In this document: piece by piece, positions 42,752-53,292 of the stretch | How the letters are laid out: every line of letters begins with the position of its first letter | How positions within the stretch are numbered: position 1 is the stretch's first letter | NCBI GenBank assembly: GCA_035686785.1 | Contig: DASRZC010000168.1 | Span: 1-56,814, forward strand | Source: Candidatus Kapaibacterium sp. | GTDB taxonomy: Bacteria; Bacteroidota; Ignavibacteria; Palsa-1295 | Direction of reading: 5' to 3' | DNA length: 56,814 nt | Notes under the pieces: generated by a model | What the model was told of the DNA's origin: nothing | Database searches by the model: none | The model's input: the letters and a program-made list of their open reading frames with translations, nothing else | Made by a program: the position numbers and the translations under genes

Positions 42752-44052
42752 GCAAGCGGCTACACACGTTCATCACGAGAATTGGAGAGCGGCGAATCGT
42801 GCTGGCGATTATCGCGGTTTCGCTCCTGTTCGAGCTTCTCTATCTTCGTGCGCCCAGCATTTATGGGGAACCATATCTTGTTGCGAAAAATATAGTGGCG
42901 GGCAGGGGTTACGTCTTTGCGTACCCCATAACGACCGCCGTTGGGCCGACCTGCTATGTCACGCCGCTTTACACCTATCTGCAAGTCCCGTTCCTTTATT
43001 TCGGTTTGGGGGAGCGCGGAATTCAGGTGATGAACCTGCTTTTTTTGCAGATTGGATGCTTCGTACTCTATCGCTTTTTCCGGAGGTTCACGACGCCCGG
43101 TGTTGCGTTGCTCGCCTTTGCGGCCCTCAGCTTTTATATTCCATTTTGGATTCTGTCTTACACGCTGGAGCCCAATTCGCTGAACCTGCTGTTGCTCGCG
43201 CTGACCGTGGAATGCGCGTATCTTCTCTCAAAGAATCCCTCGCGGCGTGGGTGGATTATGTTTGGCATTCTCGTTGGAGTTCAACTGCTCGTGCGGCCCG
43301 ATATTATGTTGGGCGCGGTGCTCGTTGGCGCGTGGCTTCTTGCATGGAACTGGTCGAAAGAAACGTGGAAGGGGATTGCCATTGCCGCGCTGGTTTCGCT
43401 CGCGATTGTTTCACCGTGGACGCTTCGGAATTACCTGACATTCCATAAATTCGTTCTCGTGAGCGCGAACGTGGGAATGAATCTTTATGAAGGGAATAAT
43501 CCAGTTGCAACGGGCGAATTCAGCGCGCTTCCGGCCACACCGGAAAGCCAGGAAGATTTTCAGGAGATTCAGGATTATTCGAAAACGCACGATCAAATCG
43601 AGGTCGATCACTATCGCCTGACGCTTGCGGCAGAGTGGATAGAGACGCATCCATCTCAAGTGCTCACGCTCGATGCGAAGAAAATTTGGTATCATTGGTT
43701 CGGGCGGCCCATTATGGGGGAGCAATACCATTATAAGTTTCAGCGAATGGAATTGCCGTACAAAATTTTTGGCATGGTGATGCTTGCCTTCGGGTTTTAT
43801 GGCCTCTTCACGACGCGCAATAAAAAATTACAATCGCTGATTCTCATCGTTTGCGTCTATTCCACATTGGTCGCGGCAATCTTTTTCGTGCAAAGCCGGT
43901 ATCGAATACTGAAGGTCGATCCCTTCCTGCTGCCGCTGGCGATAATTGGCATAGCCAGTGTAGCCGTGACCTTCAGGTCACGGTGGCGAAGCGATTCCAC
44001 TGCTGACAAACCAACACACCGTGACCTGAAGGTCACGGCTACACAATCATGA
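42748..44052 (+). CDS. Polytopic membrane glycosyltransferase (ArnT/PMT_2-like, GT39/GT83-type)
   Basis: 434 aa with ~10 TM helices and a loop pattern typical of lipid-carrier-dependent GT-C enzymes. There are 4-nt overlaps with both neighbouring genes. The last ~28 codons are encoded by a hairpin repeat. Confidence 0.5.
   Translation: MSKRLHTFITRIGERRIVLAIIAVSLLFELLYLRAPSIYGEPYLVAKNIVAGRGYVFAYPITTAVGPTCYVTPLYTYLQVPFLYFGLGERGIQVMNLLFLQIGCFVLYRFFRRFTTPGVALLAFAALSFYIPFWILSYTLEPNSLNLLLLALTVECAYLLSKNPSRRGWIMFGILVGVQLLVRPDIMLGAVLVGAWLLAWNWSKETWKGIAIAALVSLAIVSPWTLRNYLTFHKFVLVSANVGMNLYEGNNPVATGEFSALPATPESQEDFQEIQDYSKTHDQIEVDHYRLTLAAEWIETHPSQVLTLDAKKIWYHWFGRPIMGEQYHYKFQRMELPYKIFGMVMLAFGFYGLFTTRNKKLQSLILIVCVYSTLVAAIFFVQSRYRILKVDPFLLPLAIIGIASVAVTFRSRWRSDSTADKPTHRDLKVTATQS
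43960..44042. repeat. Clamped double hairpin (GTAGCC-CCGTGACC ttca GGTCACGG ... CCGTGACC tgaa GGTCACGG-CTAC)
   Basis: Two 8-bp-stem hairpins with identical arms, 35 nt apart, enclosed by GTAGCC/GGCTAC. The element ends 6 nt before the ATG at 44049. Confidence 0.9.
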
Positions 44053-45395
44053 GCATTCACATCACCAAAATCGAACCCGGCTCGATTGCCGAGGAACTTG
44101 GCATCCGCGCGGGCGATGAATTGCTCTGCATGAATGGCGAGCCGATTCACGACGAACTCGACGTGAAATTCCACATCCCCGGCGAGATGGTGGAACTCGA
44201 ATTGTATCTCCGTGGCGAACACACCATCCTCGAAATAGAGAAAGAGCACGACGACGAGTTGGGCTTTGCCGTCGAGCCGATGAAGATGACGGCCTGCGGT
44301 AACGATTGCGTGTTTTGCTTCGTCGATCAAAATCCCGAAGGGCTTCGCAAGGCGCTTTATTTCCGCGATGGCGATTACCGCTTCAGCCATCTCTATGGCA
44401 ATTTCAATACGATGACGAACGTCGGGCCGAAATCGCTCGAACGCATCGTGCGGCAGCGGCTCATGCCGCAATACGTCAGCGTGCATTCGACCGATCTCGA
44501 AGTGCGCAAGCGCCTTATGCGGCTTCGCAAGGACGATCACATTCTGGATAAACTCCGCTATCTTGCAGAGAACGATATTTGGATGCACACGCAGATCGTG
44601 CTCTGCCCCGGCATCAACGATGGCGATAGCCTGACAAAAACAATAGAAGATATTTATAACCTCGGCTCCGCCGCGCAAACCATGGCAATCGTTCCCGTAG
44701 GTCTCACGAGTCACCGAACGGGACTCTCGGAGTTAAAGCAAGTGGACAAGTCCTATGCGTCCAACATGGTCCGCTTTGTCCACGATTTGCAAAAGAAATT
44801 CAGAGCCGAGCGCGGCGTAAACTGGCTCTATCTCTCCGACGAATGGTTCCTCGTCGCAGAGCAGGAAGTGCCGGATGAAGAATCCTACGATGGCTACCCG
44901 CAGCTTGAAAATGGTGTCGGAATGGTGCGCGATTTTATCGAGGAAACGAAGCGCGAAGTAGCCACGATAAAAAAGAATGCGCCGCTCGCCGCGCCGCGCA
45001 GGCTTTCGCTTTCGACGGCCACGCTCGCCAGCGGCTTCATGCGCACGGAGATCGTCCCGCTGCTGGAAACGATTCCGAATCTCGAAGTCGATTTGGAAGT
45101 CGTCGTCAATAGATTATATGGCCCCGATGTGACGGTTACCGGGCTGCTTTCCGGCGGATGTTTCGAGCATCATTTCGCACATCGGGCAGCGACCGATCTT
45201 TTGCTCCTGCCGCCCAATGTGCTGAACGAAGACGATGTGTTCCTGGACGACGAAACGCCGCTTGGCCTCAAGCACAAGTTGAATGATCGCCCCATGGCGA
45301 TTTTTCACGGCTCCTGGGAAGAAGTGCTGCATTACTTAGACCATCCGGAAGCCGAGGTGTTCGATACAAAGAAAATGAAACTGCCGATACTTTAA
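44049..45395 (+). CDS. PDZ plus radical-SAM-like DUF512 protein
   Basis: N-terminal PDZ segment (ITKIEPGSIAEELGIRAGDELLCMNG). CGNDCVFC gives a Cx3Cx2C motif. ~450-aa length is typical of the DUF512 family. Confidence 0.7.
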   Translation: MSIHITKIEPGSIAEELGIRAGDELLCMNGEPIHDELDVKFHIPGEMVELELYLRGEHTILEIEKEHDDELGFAVEPMKMTACGNDCVFCFVDQNPEGLRKALYFRDGDYRFSHLYGNFNTMTNVGPKSLERIVRQRLMPQYVSVHSTDLEVRKRLMRLRKDDHILDKLRYLAENDIWMHTQIVLCPGINDGDSLTKTIEDIYNLGSAAQTMAIVPVGLTSHRTGLSELKQVDKSYASNMVRFVHDLQKKFRAERGVNWLYLSDEWFLVAEQEVPDEESYDGYPQLENGVGMVRDFIEETKREVATIKKNAPLAAPRRLSLSTATLASGFMRTEIVPLLETIPNLEVDLEVVVNRLYGPDVTVTGLLSGGCFEHHFAHRAATDLLLLPPNVLNEDDVFLDDETPLGLKHKLNDRPMAIFHGSWEEVLHYLDHPEAEVFDTKKMKLPIL

Positions 45396-45432
45396 AAAAC
45401 ATCCTCGCTTCCGGATGCGCTGATTAAGTCGT

Positions 45433-45547
45433 GTCATTCCGAACGGAGTCGAGGAATCTCGTGAAGTTTAGCTGTCAGGTGAATTACCGAAAATTCCTCG
45501 ACTCCGCAAATCTTCGCTTCGCTCCGATTTGCTCCGCTCGGAATGAC
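45433..45547. repeat. Palindromic intergenic element, copy D
   Basis: GTCATTCCGAACGG...CCGCTCGGAATGAC, 115 bp. The internal sequence is nearly identical to the right two thirds of copy A. It lies between convergent genes. Confidence 0.9.
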
Positions 45548-45566
45548 AAGCTTCATCAGCGATTCC

Positions 45567-46619
45567 TTAATGCTTTGCTGGGCCGTACTTCAGCAACGTA
45601 AACGTTCCCGGTATAATGGATGGCCGAGGGTGTGGATGATCGGCCGTGGCCGCGGGCGCCGGGCCGAATTTTGCAGTGACGACGTAAATATCATGCGTGT
45701 GTGTATCGAGCTCGATGGTGCGCGCGCCGCGCTCGGTCGGAAGCAACTGCGCGACCGCGAAGCTGTCCGCCGAAATTTCGCGGACGATGGTCGTCGTGCC
45801 CTCGCCGCACGAGCCGAAGGCAAGATCGGTAAAGGGATCGAATACCGCGGCGTCGATGCCTTTGCCAATGGGAAGTGAAGTAATGACATGCCCGTCCCGT
45901 GAGTCCATAATAACCATGCGCTCATTGGCGCAGCCGATGAAGAGACGGTCGCGTCCCCGGTCCATCGCAAGCGCCGATGGTTCTTCGCCCGGCGCGACAG
46001 GCCACGCTTTTTCCACGGTGTTGTTGCCCACAGAGATCTTCACGATTTCCGATTTGTCTTCGAGATTGACATACACATGCCCGTGATCGTCGGAGGCGGC
46101 GAATTCCGGCTTTCCCGGCAACGGGATTGTGGCGACGAGGGCACCCGTGGAACCATTAAGAACGGTGATGCTCTCGCTTTTGGCATTCATCACAAAGACA
46201 TGCCGCGTGTCGAAATCGTAAATAATCGCGTCGGGATGTTCACCGACTGGAATTCGCTTGATCGTATCGAGGGTCTTGAGATCGAACATGAGGACCGAAT
46301 TCGACATCCCGCAGGAGATGAAGCCATGCCCGTCCCGCTCGGCGATTGCAATGCCATGCACGCCCTGGGTATTATAAATATGGCCGATGATCTTATCGCG
46401 ATTGAGATCGTAAACATCGACCTGGGTAAAGTGCGCGATGTAGAGCTTGCGGTGCTGTGGATCGGCGGAAAGATAATCCCATCCGCCTTCGCCGCCGATG
46501 AGAACTTTTTTCAGAAGATGATAATGGATCGGATTTCGCGCCATCGCCGGCGCGCATAAACAAAAAAGAACGCTCGACGCGAGTGCGATGCGTTTAATCA
46601 AAGAGAAAAAGAGATTCAT
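45567..46619 (-). CDS. YncE/YVTN-type beta-propeller protein (secreted)
   Basis: 350 aa with a signal peptide. It shows periodic ~40-aa repeats with G-hydrophobic-hydrophobic-D patterns. There is a 4-nt overlap with the upstream RND gene. Confidence 0.6.
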   Translation of the reverse strand: MNLFFSLIKRIALASSVLFCLCAPAMARNPIHYHLLKKVLIGGEGGWDYLSADPQHRKLYIAHFTQVDVYDLNRDKIIGHIYNTQGVHGIAIAERDGHGFISCGMSNSVLMFDLKTLDTIKRIPVGEHPDAIIYDFDTRHVFVMNAKSESITVLNGSTGALVATIPLPGKPEFAASDDHGHVYVNLEDKSEIVKISVGNNTVEKAWPVAPGEEPSALAMDRGRDRLFIGCANERMVIMDSRDGHVITSLPIGKGIDAAVFDPFTDLAFGSCGEGTTTIVREISADSFAVAQLLPTERGARTIELDTHTHDIYVVTAKFGPAPAATADHPHPRPSIIPGTFTLLKYGPAKH

Positions 46620-49600
46620 TGTTGTTTTGGATTTAAGTTTTTCCGCTCTCCATGCAGCATGAGATACAGCATGGGAAGAAGGAAGAATAACAAAATGCTG
46701 ACCACGGAAAATCCGCCGATGACGGCGATGGCAAGCGGCTGCTGCATCTGCGAGCCTTGCCCGTAGCCGAGGGCAAGTGGTGCGAGCGCGAGAATTGCGG
46801 CGAGCGTCGTCATTGTAATCGGCCGTGCCCGGTGCCGCGCGGCTTCGATGAGCGCCTTTCGAGTGCCGAAGCGCGCGAGTTCCGGCTGCTTCGCTTCGTG
46901 AAGGATGAAGATCGCATTCTCGGCGGAAATTCCGACGATCATAATCATGCCGACCATGCTCGATATGTTAAGCGTCATCCCCGTGACCCACAGCGCGAAC
47001 ATCACGCCGACCAACGAGGAGAGCGTGACAAACAAAATGGAAACCGGCACGCTGAATTCCCGAAACTCGATAAGAAGCACGAGTGAAACCAAGAGAAGGG
47101 CGAGAATTGCCACAACCATTAAATTTTGAAACGACTGTTGCTGCGTTTCATACACTCCGCCGTATTCGAGTTGAATGCCCAGCGGAAGATGAATAGTGGC
47201 GATTTTTTTCTGAATATCCTTCATCGTGCTGCCTAAGTCCCGATTTTCTAAACGCGCGGTGACGGCGACGTAGGAGCGAAATCCTTCCCGATCGAGTTCG
47301 GCCTCGCCCGTGGTGCGCGTGATATTCGCAACAGCTCCGACGGGCACGAGCACGCCATTCGCCCCGGTGAGCATGATATGCGAAATAGAATCGAGATCGG
47401 TCTTGAACGAATTCGGGAGCCGGACGCGAATGCCGACGAGCTTTTCCGGCATTTGCACGCTCGATTCCACCGAGCCTTCCATCATCGTTTGAAGTTGGTC
47501 CTGCACGTCCGTTGTGGTTAGCCCATAGTAGGACGCCCTGCGTGGATCGACTGTAAAGACGAGCGATGGGCCGGAGATGACGATGCCATTGAACGGATCG
47601 GCCACTCCCTTCACAGTTGAGATAGCCCGTTCGATTTCAGCGGCCGTGCTGTCTCGCAATGGGATATTGTCGCTGAAGAGTTTGATTTCGATCGGCGAGG
47701 GGCTATTGACGAGATCGCCGATAATGTCGGAGAGCAGCTGGCCGAAATCTATAGTGAGCGCGGGCAGCGAATGATGTACCTTCGCTCGGACATCGTTAAT
47801 CACTTCGGCGGTCGATCGCGCGCGATCCGATTTCAGCTTCACAAGGTAATCGCCAGTGTTCGGCTCGGTGATAAAAAAGCCGAGTTGCGTCCCCGTGCGT
47901 CGCGAGTAGGATTGGACTTCCGGTTCCTTCATCAAGATATGCTCGACATTCATCAGCATTCGGTTCGTCTCCGTGAGCGACGTGCCCGGAGGGGAAGTAT
48001 AATCGAGCACGAACGAGCCTTCGTCCATCTCCGGCAGGAACCCGCTGCCGACTTGAGTATAGATAAGATAGGTTACGAAGAAAATTCCAAGTACAATACC
48101 AATAGACGCCCACCGGAACTTTAGCAGTGCGTGCATCACGGATTCATAGGCGCGAAAGATTCTTCCGGGATTCTTTTCTTTTTCAATCTCGCGCTTAATA
48201 TCTTTGGTGCGGAGAAAAAGCGAAGCCAGCAGCGGCGCGAGCGTGAGGGAAAACACGAACGAAATCAACAGCGCGAAGACCATCGTGATCGAGAGCGGAC
48301 GGAAAAACGCGCCCGTAATCCCGCCGAGAAAGCTCAGCGGAATGTTGATGACAATGGTGCTGGCGGTCGAGCCAATGACAGCGGGCAGCAGCTCCTTGAT
48401 CGACGCCCGCGCCGCAGGAAGGAAAATAAATTGTCCCACCCGCGCATTTTCGAGCGCGAAATGCGTAAAGACATTTTCGATAATAACAATCGAATCGTCG
48501 ATGATAAGCCCAACGGCCGCGGCAATGCCGCCTAATGTCATAATGTTGATCGTCTGCCCGATCACATTCAGGCAGACGATGGTGCAGAGAATCGTTGCGG
48601 GCACAATGATGGCGAGCACGAGCGCGATGCGCCAACTCCGCAAGAAGAGGAAGAGGACGATCATCGAAAGGATAATGCCAATGATGATCGAATCCCTCGT
48701 GCTGGCGATCGAGCCATTGATATAGCCCGATTGATCGTAAAAATTTTCGATGTGAACTCCGGGCGGTAGTTTCATGCTCGCGAGCCTCTTCTGGACAGCC
48801 AGCCCAATCGCGACGGTGCTTCCCGTCGGCTGCTTCATCACGTTGATGAGTACGGCCTCACGGCCCGCGGCCGTCGTTCGAATGTATTGTGGCTTGATGG
48901 CGGGAGCGACCGAGGCAAGATCGGAAACATGAACGGGGACGCCGTTCAACGTGGTGACGGTCACATTCGCGATATCGTCCGTATTTTTCAGCAGCCCATC
49001 GACGAGCGAGAGATAAAGTTGATAATTATTTTCGACTAATCCTGTCGAGGCGACGACGTTCGCCTTTTTGATTGCATCGTTGACTTGCCGAATATCGAGA
49101 TGGTAATAATCGAGTTTTTGTGGATCGACGGTCACCCAAAACTCTCGCTGTTCGCCGCCCGTGACCTCTACCCTCGCCACACCGGGCACTTGCAGCAGTG
49201 CCGGGCGAATCGTGTAGAGCGCAAGGTCGTCCATTTGAACCTGAGGAACGGTGGAGGACGTGAGACTATATCCTTCGATCGGATACACGGAGACGTTCAT
49301 CTGCTGGACCGTGATGTTCGTCGCCGCCGGGAGCGTCGAGCGAATATTTCCAAGCTGGCCCTGGATCAGTTCCATCGTTTGCGTTACGTTCGATCCCCAC
49401 GCGAGGAAGACATCGATTTGCGCCGAGCCGCGGCTCGTGACCGAGCGGACGAGCCGGGTGCCGGGAACCGCGCTGATGGCCGCTTCGATCGGCTTCGTAA
49501 TTTCGGCCATGACGCGCTCCGCCGGCTGCTCACCATTATCGATCGAGACGACAATGCGCGGGAACGTTATATCCGGGAACAGACCGACCGGCATCGAAAG

Positions 49601-49687
49601 ATAGAGCATCACACCGCCCGCGATGAGAAGCGCGACGGTGAAAAGGATGGCTTTCTGATGATGCTTTACGCTTTCGATGAAGCTCAT
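46616..49687 (-). CDS. RND efflux transporter permease, paralog 2
   Basis: 1023 aa with 12-TM/two-large-loop AcrB architecture. The TM4 motif is GLIIDDSIVIIEN, an AcrB-like DD pair rather than the CzcA-type DFG-DGA. Confidence 0.9.
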   Translation of the reverse strand: MSFIESVKHHQKAILFTVALLIAGGVMLYLSMPVGLFPDITFPRIVVSIDNGEQPAERVMAEITKPIEAAISAVPGTRLVRSVTSRGSAQIDVFLAWGSNVTQTMELIQGQLGNIRSTLPAATNITVQQMNVSVYPIEGYSLTSSTVPQVQMDDLALYTIRPALLQVPGVARVEVTGGEQREFWVTVDPQKLDYYHLDIRQVNDAIKKANVVASTGLVENNYQLYLSLVDGLLKNTDDIANVTVTTLNGVPVHVSDLASVAPAIKPQYIRTTAAGREAVLINVMKQPTGSTVAIGLAVQKRLASMKLPPGVHIENFYDQSGYINGSIASTRDSIIIGIILSMIVLFLFLRSWRIALVLAIIVPATILCTIVCLNVIGQTINIMTLGGIAAAVGLIIDDSIVIIENVFTHFALENARVGQFIFLPAARASIKELLPAVIGSTASTIVINIPLSFLGGITGAFFRPLSITMVFALLISFVFSLTLAPLLASLFLRTKDIKREIEKEKNPGRIFRAYESVMHALLKFRWASIGIVLGIFFVTYLIYTQVGSGFLPEMDEGSFVLDYTSPPGTSLTETNRMLMNVEHILMKEPEVQSYSRRTGTQLGFFITEPNTGDYLVKLKSDRARSTAEVINDVRAKVHHSLPALTIDFGQLLSDIIGDLVNSPSPIEIKLFSDNIPLRDSTAAEIERAISTVKGVADPFNGIVISGPSLVFTVDPRRASYYGLTTTDVQDQLQTMMEGSVESSVQMPEKLVGIRVRLPNSFKTDLDSISHIMLTGANGVLVPVGAVANITRTTGEAELDREGFRSYVAVTARLENRDLGSTMKDIQKKIATIHLPLGIQLEYGGVYETQQQSFQNLMVVAILALLLVSLVLLIEFREFSVPVSILFVTLSSLVGVMFALWVTGMTLNISSMVGMIMIVGISAENAIFILHEAKQPELARFGTRKALIEAARHRARPITMTTLAAILALAPLALGYGQGSQMQQPLAIAVIGGFSVVSILLFFLLPMLYLMLHGERKNLNPKQQ

Positions 49688-50202
49688 TTTAGGTAAGTAC
49701 TTTGTGCGGAGTGATTTGTACGATTGATGTTTTGGAATTCGAGCCAGACCATCCAGATGACAAATAAATCGAAAAGCATCAGCAGGGAAATGCCAATGGA
49801 AAACGATTCGATAAGGCGCCCCAATTCAACAGCAATGAACAATCCGAGGAAGATAAGCGCAGGCAGATAGAAGCCACGCCGTTCCGTGAATAAGCCAACG
49901 ACCAGAATGACTTTGAGAACGCCATGCGCCAGTAAATAAATACTCGCAACCAGTTCCGAGCTGACGGACAAGTTGTGGGCGAGGTGGAGTAGAAGGTTTG
50001 CAAGAAAATCTTTCGGGTCTTCCGCCAATTCGTGCCGCGTGAGGAAGCCGGTGACCGTGCCGATCGTGGCCGGTTTCAGAAACAGGAACAGCACGCCACC
50101 GATTAGTTCCAAAGCGCCATCGATTCCCTTTAGCACAAGGCTGATATGGAATGCTTTATCTATGAAGCTCTTTTTTTCTTTTATTCCGACAAAGAATTTC
50201 AT
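49684..50202 (-). CDS. DUF2127-like small membrane protein
   Basis: 172 aa with 4 TM helices and an ELIGGVLFLFLKP-type first helix. It overlaps both RND genes by 4 nt. Confidence 0.5.
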   Translation of the reverse strand: MKFFVGIKEKKSFIDKAFHISLVLKGIDGALELIGGVLFLFLKPATIGTVTGFLTRHELAEDPKDFLANLLLHLAHNLSVSSELVASIYLLAHGVLKVILVVGLFTERRGFYLPALIFLGLFIAVELGRLIESFSIGISLLMLFDLFVIWMVWLEFQNINRTNHSAQSTYLK

Positions 50203-53200
50203 AACGTGCTCCCTCCTTCCCGCGACCGTTCGGAGATCGGCGCCTGCTCGCCGTGCATCAGCAGATAGAGCATCGGCATTAGGAAGACGAGCAAAATGCT
50301 ATCGACTAAAAACCCGCCGATAATCGCAATGGCCAGCGGCTGCTGCATTTTCGCTCCGCTGCCGAAGCCAATCGCGAGTGGCAGGAGCGCGAGGATGGCG
50401 GCGATCGAAGTCATCAGGATGGGCCGCGCGCGATGCCGGGCGGCTTCGAGCAGCGCATTTTTTGTTCCGAGCCGCGCAAGCTCCGGCTGCTTTGACCAGT
50501 GCATGATGAAGATTGCTTTTTCGCCGGCAATGCCAATAATCAGAATCATTCCCACAATGCTCGATATATTGATTGTCGTGCCGGTAACCCAGAGCGCAAA
50601 CATCACGCCGATCGTCGAGCACAGCGTGACAAGGAGAACCGAAAGGACCACGCTGAACTCTCGGAATTCGATCAGCAGCACGAGCGCGACGAGGAGCAGG
50701 GCTATCAATGCCACCACCAGGAGGCTTTGGAAGGAACGTTGTTCCGTTTCATAGACGCCGCCATATTGTAGTTGAATGCCTGCGGGAATGTGAATGCCGG
50801 CGATCGTTTTTTGAATATCCGCCATCGTGCTGCCAAGATCGCGATTTTCAAGCCGCGCCGTGACCGCGACATACGAGCGGAAGCCTTCGCGATCGAGTTC
50901 CGGCTGGCCGGTGGTCCGAGTGATGCGCGCGATCGCTTCGATTGGCACGAGCGCGCCGTTTGCTCCGGTAAGTGTAAGATGCGAGATCGAATCGAGGTTC
51001 GTTCTATAGGAATGCGGGAATTGGACACGAATGCCGACGAGTTTTTCCGGCATCTGCACACTCGATTGGACTGTTCCTTCCATCATCGTTTCGAGTTGTT
51101 CCTGCACGTCGCTCGTTGTGAGTCCATAGTAGGACGCCTTGCTCGGATTGACGGTGAAGATGAGGGACGGACCAGAAATGACGATGCCATTAAAAAGATC
51201 GGTAACGCCTCGAACCGGCGCGATGGCGCGAGCGATTTCGGCAGCTGTGCTGTCGCGCAATGCGACATCCTCGCTAAACAGTTTGATCTCGATCGGCCTG
51301 GGGCTGTTCGCAAGTTCATCGATCACGTCCTCTAACACTTGCTCGAATTCCACATGGAGCGCGGGCTGGACGTGGGCGACGCTATCGCGAATGGCGTTCA
51401 TTACGTCTTCCGTTTCACGGGAACGATTGGATTTCAACTTCACGAGAATGTCCCCCGTATTCGGCTCGGAGAGGATGAAGGAGAGCTTCGATCCCGTGCG
51501 GCGCGAATAGGATTCGACTTCCGGCGTTGCTCGCAAAATCGTTCCAACACTTTCGAGCATTCGGTTCGTCTCCGTGAGCGAAGTTCCCGGAGGAGAGGTA
51601 TATTCAATTTCGAAGCCGCCTTCGTCCATCTCCGGCATGAACTCGCTGCCTACCTGCGTATAGATGAGATATGTAACTCCGAGTATGGCAACCACAATCA
51701 CTATGGAAGCCCATCGAAAGCGGAGCAGAACGTCCATCCACGATTTATAAATGCGGAAAATGCGGCCGGGCGCTTGTTCGCGCTTCACTTCGTGCTGAAT
51801 GTCTTTGGTGCGAACGAGCAGCGAAGCCAGCAGTGGCGCGAGCGTAATCGAAAAGAGGAACGACAGCAGCAGTGCGAAGACCATTGTGATCGAAAGCGGG
51901 CGAAAGAATGCACCCGTAAGTCCGCCCAAAAAACCCAGCGGAATGTGGATGACGATCGTACTCAAGGTCGAGCCGATGATGGCAGGCATCAGCGCGCGGA
52001 GCGATCGTCGTGCCGCGGATGTATAAGCAAATTGGCTGTTGCTCGTGTGTTCCGGCGCAAAGTGGGTGAAAATATCTTCGATGATAATAATAGAATCGTC
52101 GATGATAAGGGCGATCGCCGCGGCAATGCCCCCTAAGGTCATGATGTTGATCGTCTGCCCGATGGCGCCCAAAAAAATAAACGTGCAGGCGATTGTTGCA
52201 GGGACGACGATCGCGAGTACCAAAGTGGTGCGCCAGCTCCGAAGAAACCCGAAGAGCACCAGCATCGGCAGCAGAATTCCAATGAGGATCGCGTTGCGCG
52301 TGCTTAAAATAGACTGGTGAATAAAGCCGGATTGATCGTAGTAATTTCCGAAATGAATTCCTGGAGGCAGTTTCAGGCTTGCGAGCTTTTTCTTCGCTGC
52401 GAGTCCGATGCGCACTGTGCTTCCCGTCGGTTGTTTAAAAACATCGAGGAGCACCGCGGGTTTGCTTTCGGCGGTCGTACGAATGTATTGCTCCTGAACG
52501 GCGGGTGAGACGCGAGCCAGGTCGCCCACATGCACGGGAACTCCATCGAAGGTGGTGACGGTGACCTTCGAAATATCGTCCGTGTTTTTCAGTAGTCCAT
52601 CGACGAGAGAAAGATAGAGTTGATAATTATTCTCGACCAATCCTGTCGAAGCGACGACGTTTGCCTTTTCGATGGCATCGTCCACCTGGCGAATATCGAG
52701 ATGATAAGAGGCGAGTTTAGCGGGATCGACGGTCACCCAAAATTCCCGGATGTCGCCGCCCGTCACATTAACGCGCGCGAGTCCGGGAATTTGCAGCAGC
52801 GCGGGACGAATCGTATAGAGCGCAAGATCGCGAAGCTGAACTTGCGAAAGAGTGTTCGAAGTCAGGCTATATCCTTCGATGGGAACGACGGAGGCGTTCA
52901 TTTGCTGGACCGAAATCCTCGCGGTCTGGGGCAATTGGGAACGGATATTTCCAAGTTCCCCCTGCAATAGTTCCATCGTCTGCACAACATCCGTTCCCCA
53001 ATCGAGGAAGACATCCATCTCGACGGAGCCTCGGCTCGTCACGGAGCGCACGAGCCGAATGGCCGGCACCGCATTCACAACAGCCTCGATGGGCTTGGTG
53101 ATCTCTACCATCACCTGTTCGGCGGGCTGCTCACCGTTATCGACGTTGACGACGATGCGTGGGAACGTAATATCCGGGAACAGACCGACCGGCATCGAGA

Positions 53201-53288
53201 GCGTGAGCAGCACCCCACCCACGACGAGGAGGGCGGCGGTGAAAAGAATCGCCTTTTGGTGGTGCTTAACGCGCTCGATGAGAGCCAT
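50199..53288 (-). CDS. RND efflux transporter permease, paralog 1
   Basis: 1029 aa, collinear with paralog 2. By eye, roughly three quarters of residues are identical over the N-terminal 400 aa. The TM4 motif is ALIIDDSIIIIED. Confidence 0.9.
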   Translation of the reverse strand: MALIERVKHHQKAILFTAALLVVGGVLLTLSMPVGLFPDITFPRIVVNVDNGEQPAEQVMVEITKPIEAVVNAVPAIRLVRSVTSRGSVEMDVFLDWGTDVVQTMELLQGELGNIRSQLPQTARISVQQMNASVVPIEGYSLTSNTLSQVQLRDLALYTIRPALLQIPGLARVNVTGGDIREFWVTVDPAKLASYHLDIRQVDDAIEKANVVASTGLVENNYQLYLSLVDGLLKNTDDISKVTVTTFDGVPVHVGDLARVSPAVQEQYIRTTAESKPAVLLDVFKQPTGSTVRIGLAAKKKLASLKLPPGIHFGNYYDQSGFIHQSILSTRNAILIGILLPMLVLFGFLRSWRTTLVLAIVVPATIACTFIFLGAIGQTINIMTLGGIAAAIALIIDDSIIIIEDIFTHFAPEHTSNSQFAYTSAARRSLRALMPAIIGSTLSTIVIHIPLGFLGGLTGAFFRPLSITMVFALLLSFLFSITLAPLLASLLVRTKDIQHEVKREQAPGRIFRIYKSWMDVLLRFRWASIVIVVAILGVTYLIYTQVGSEFMPEMDEGGFEIEYTSPPGTSLTETNRMLESVGTILRATPEVESYSRRTGSKLSFILSEPNTGDILVKLKSNRSRETEDVMNAIRDSVAHVQPALHVEFEQVLEDVIDELANSPRPIEIKLFSEDVALRDSTAAEIARAIAPVRGVTDLFNGIVISGPSLIFTVNPSKASYYGLTTSDVQEQLETMMEGTVQSSVQMPEKLVGIRVQFPHSYRTNLDSISHLTLTGANGALVPIEAIARITRTTGQPELDREGFRSYVAVTARLENRDLGSTMADIQKTIAGIHIPAGIQLQYGGVYETEQRSFQSLLVVALIALLLVALVLLIEFREFSVVLSVLLVTLCSTIGVMFALWVTGTTINISSIVGMILIIGIAGEKAIFIMHWSKQPELARLGTKNALLEAARHRARPILMTSIAAILALLPLAIGFGSGAKMQQPLAIAIIGGFLVDSILLVFLMPMLYLLMHGEQAPISERSREGGSTL

Positions 53289-53292
53289 TGGG

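Noticed and set aside
42675-43448. 257-aa alternative-frame ORF overlapping the mtaB end and the glycosyltransferase
   Set aside because: It is Cys/Arg-rich and out of frame with two well-supported coupled genes.
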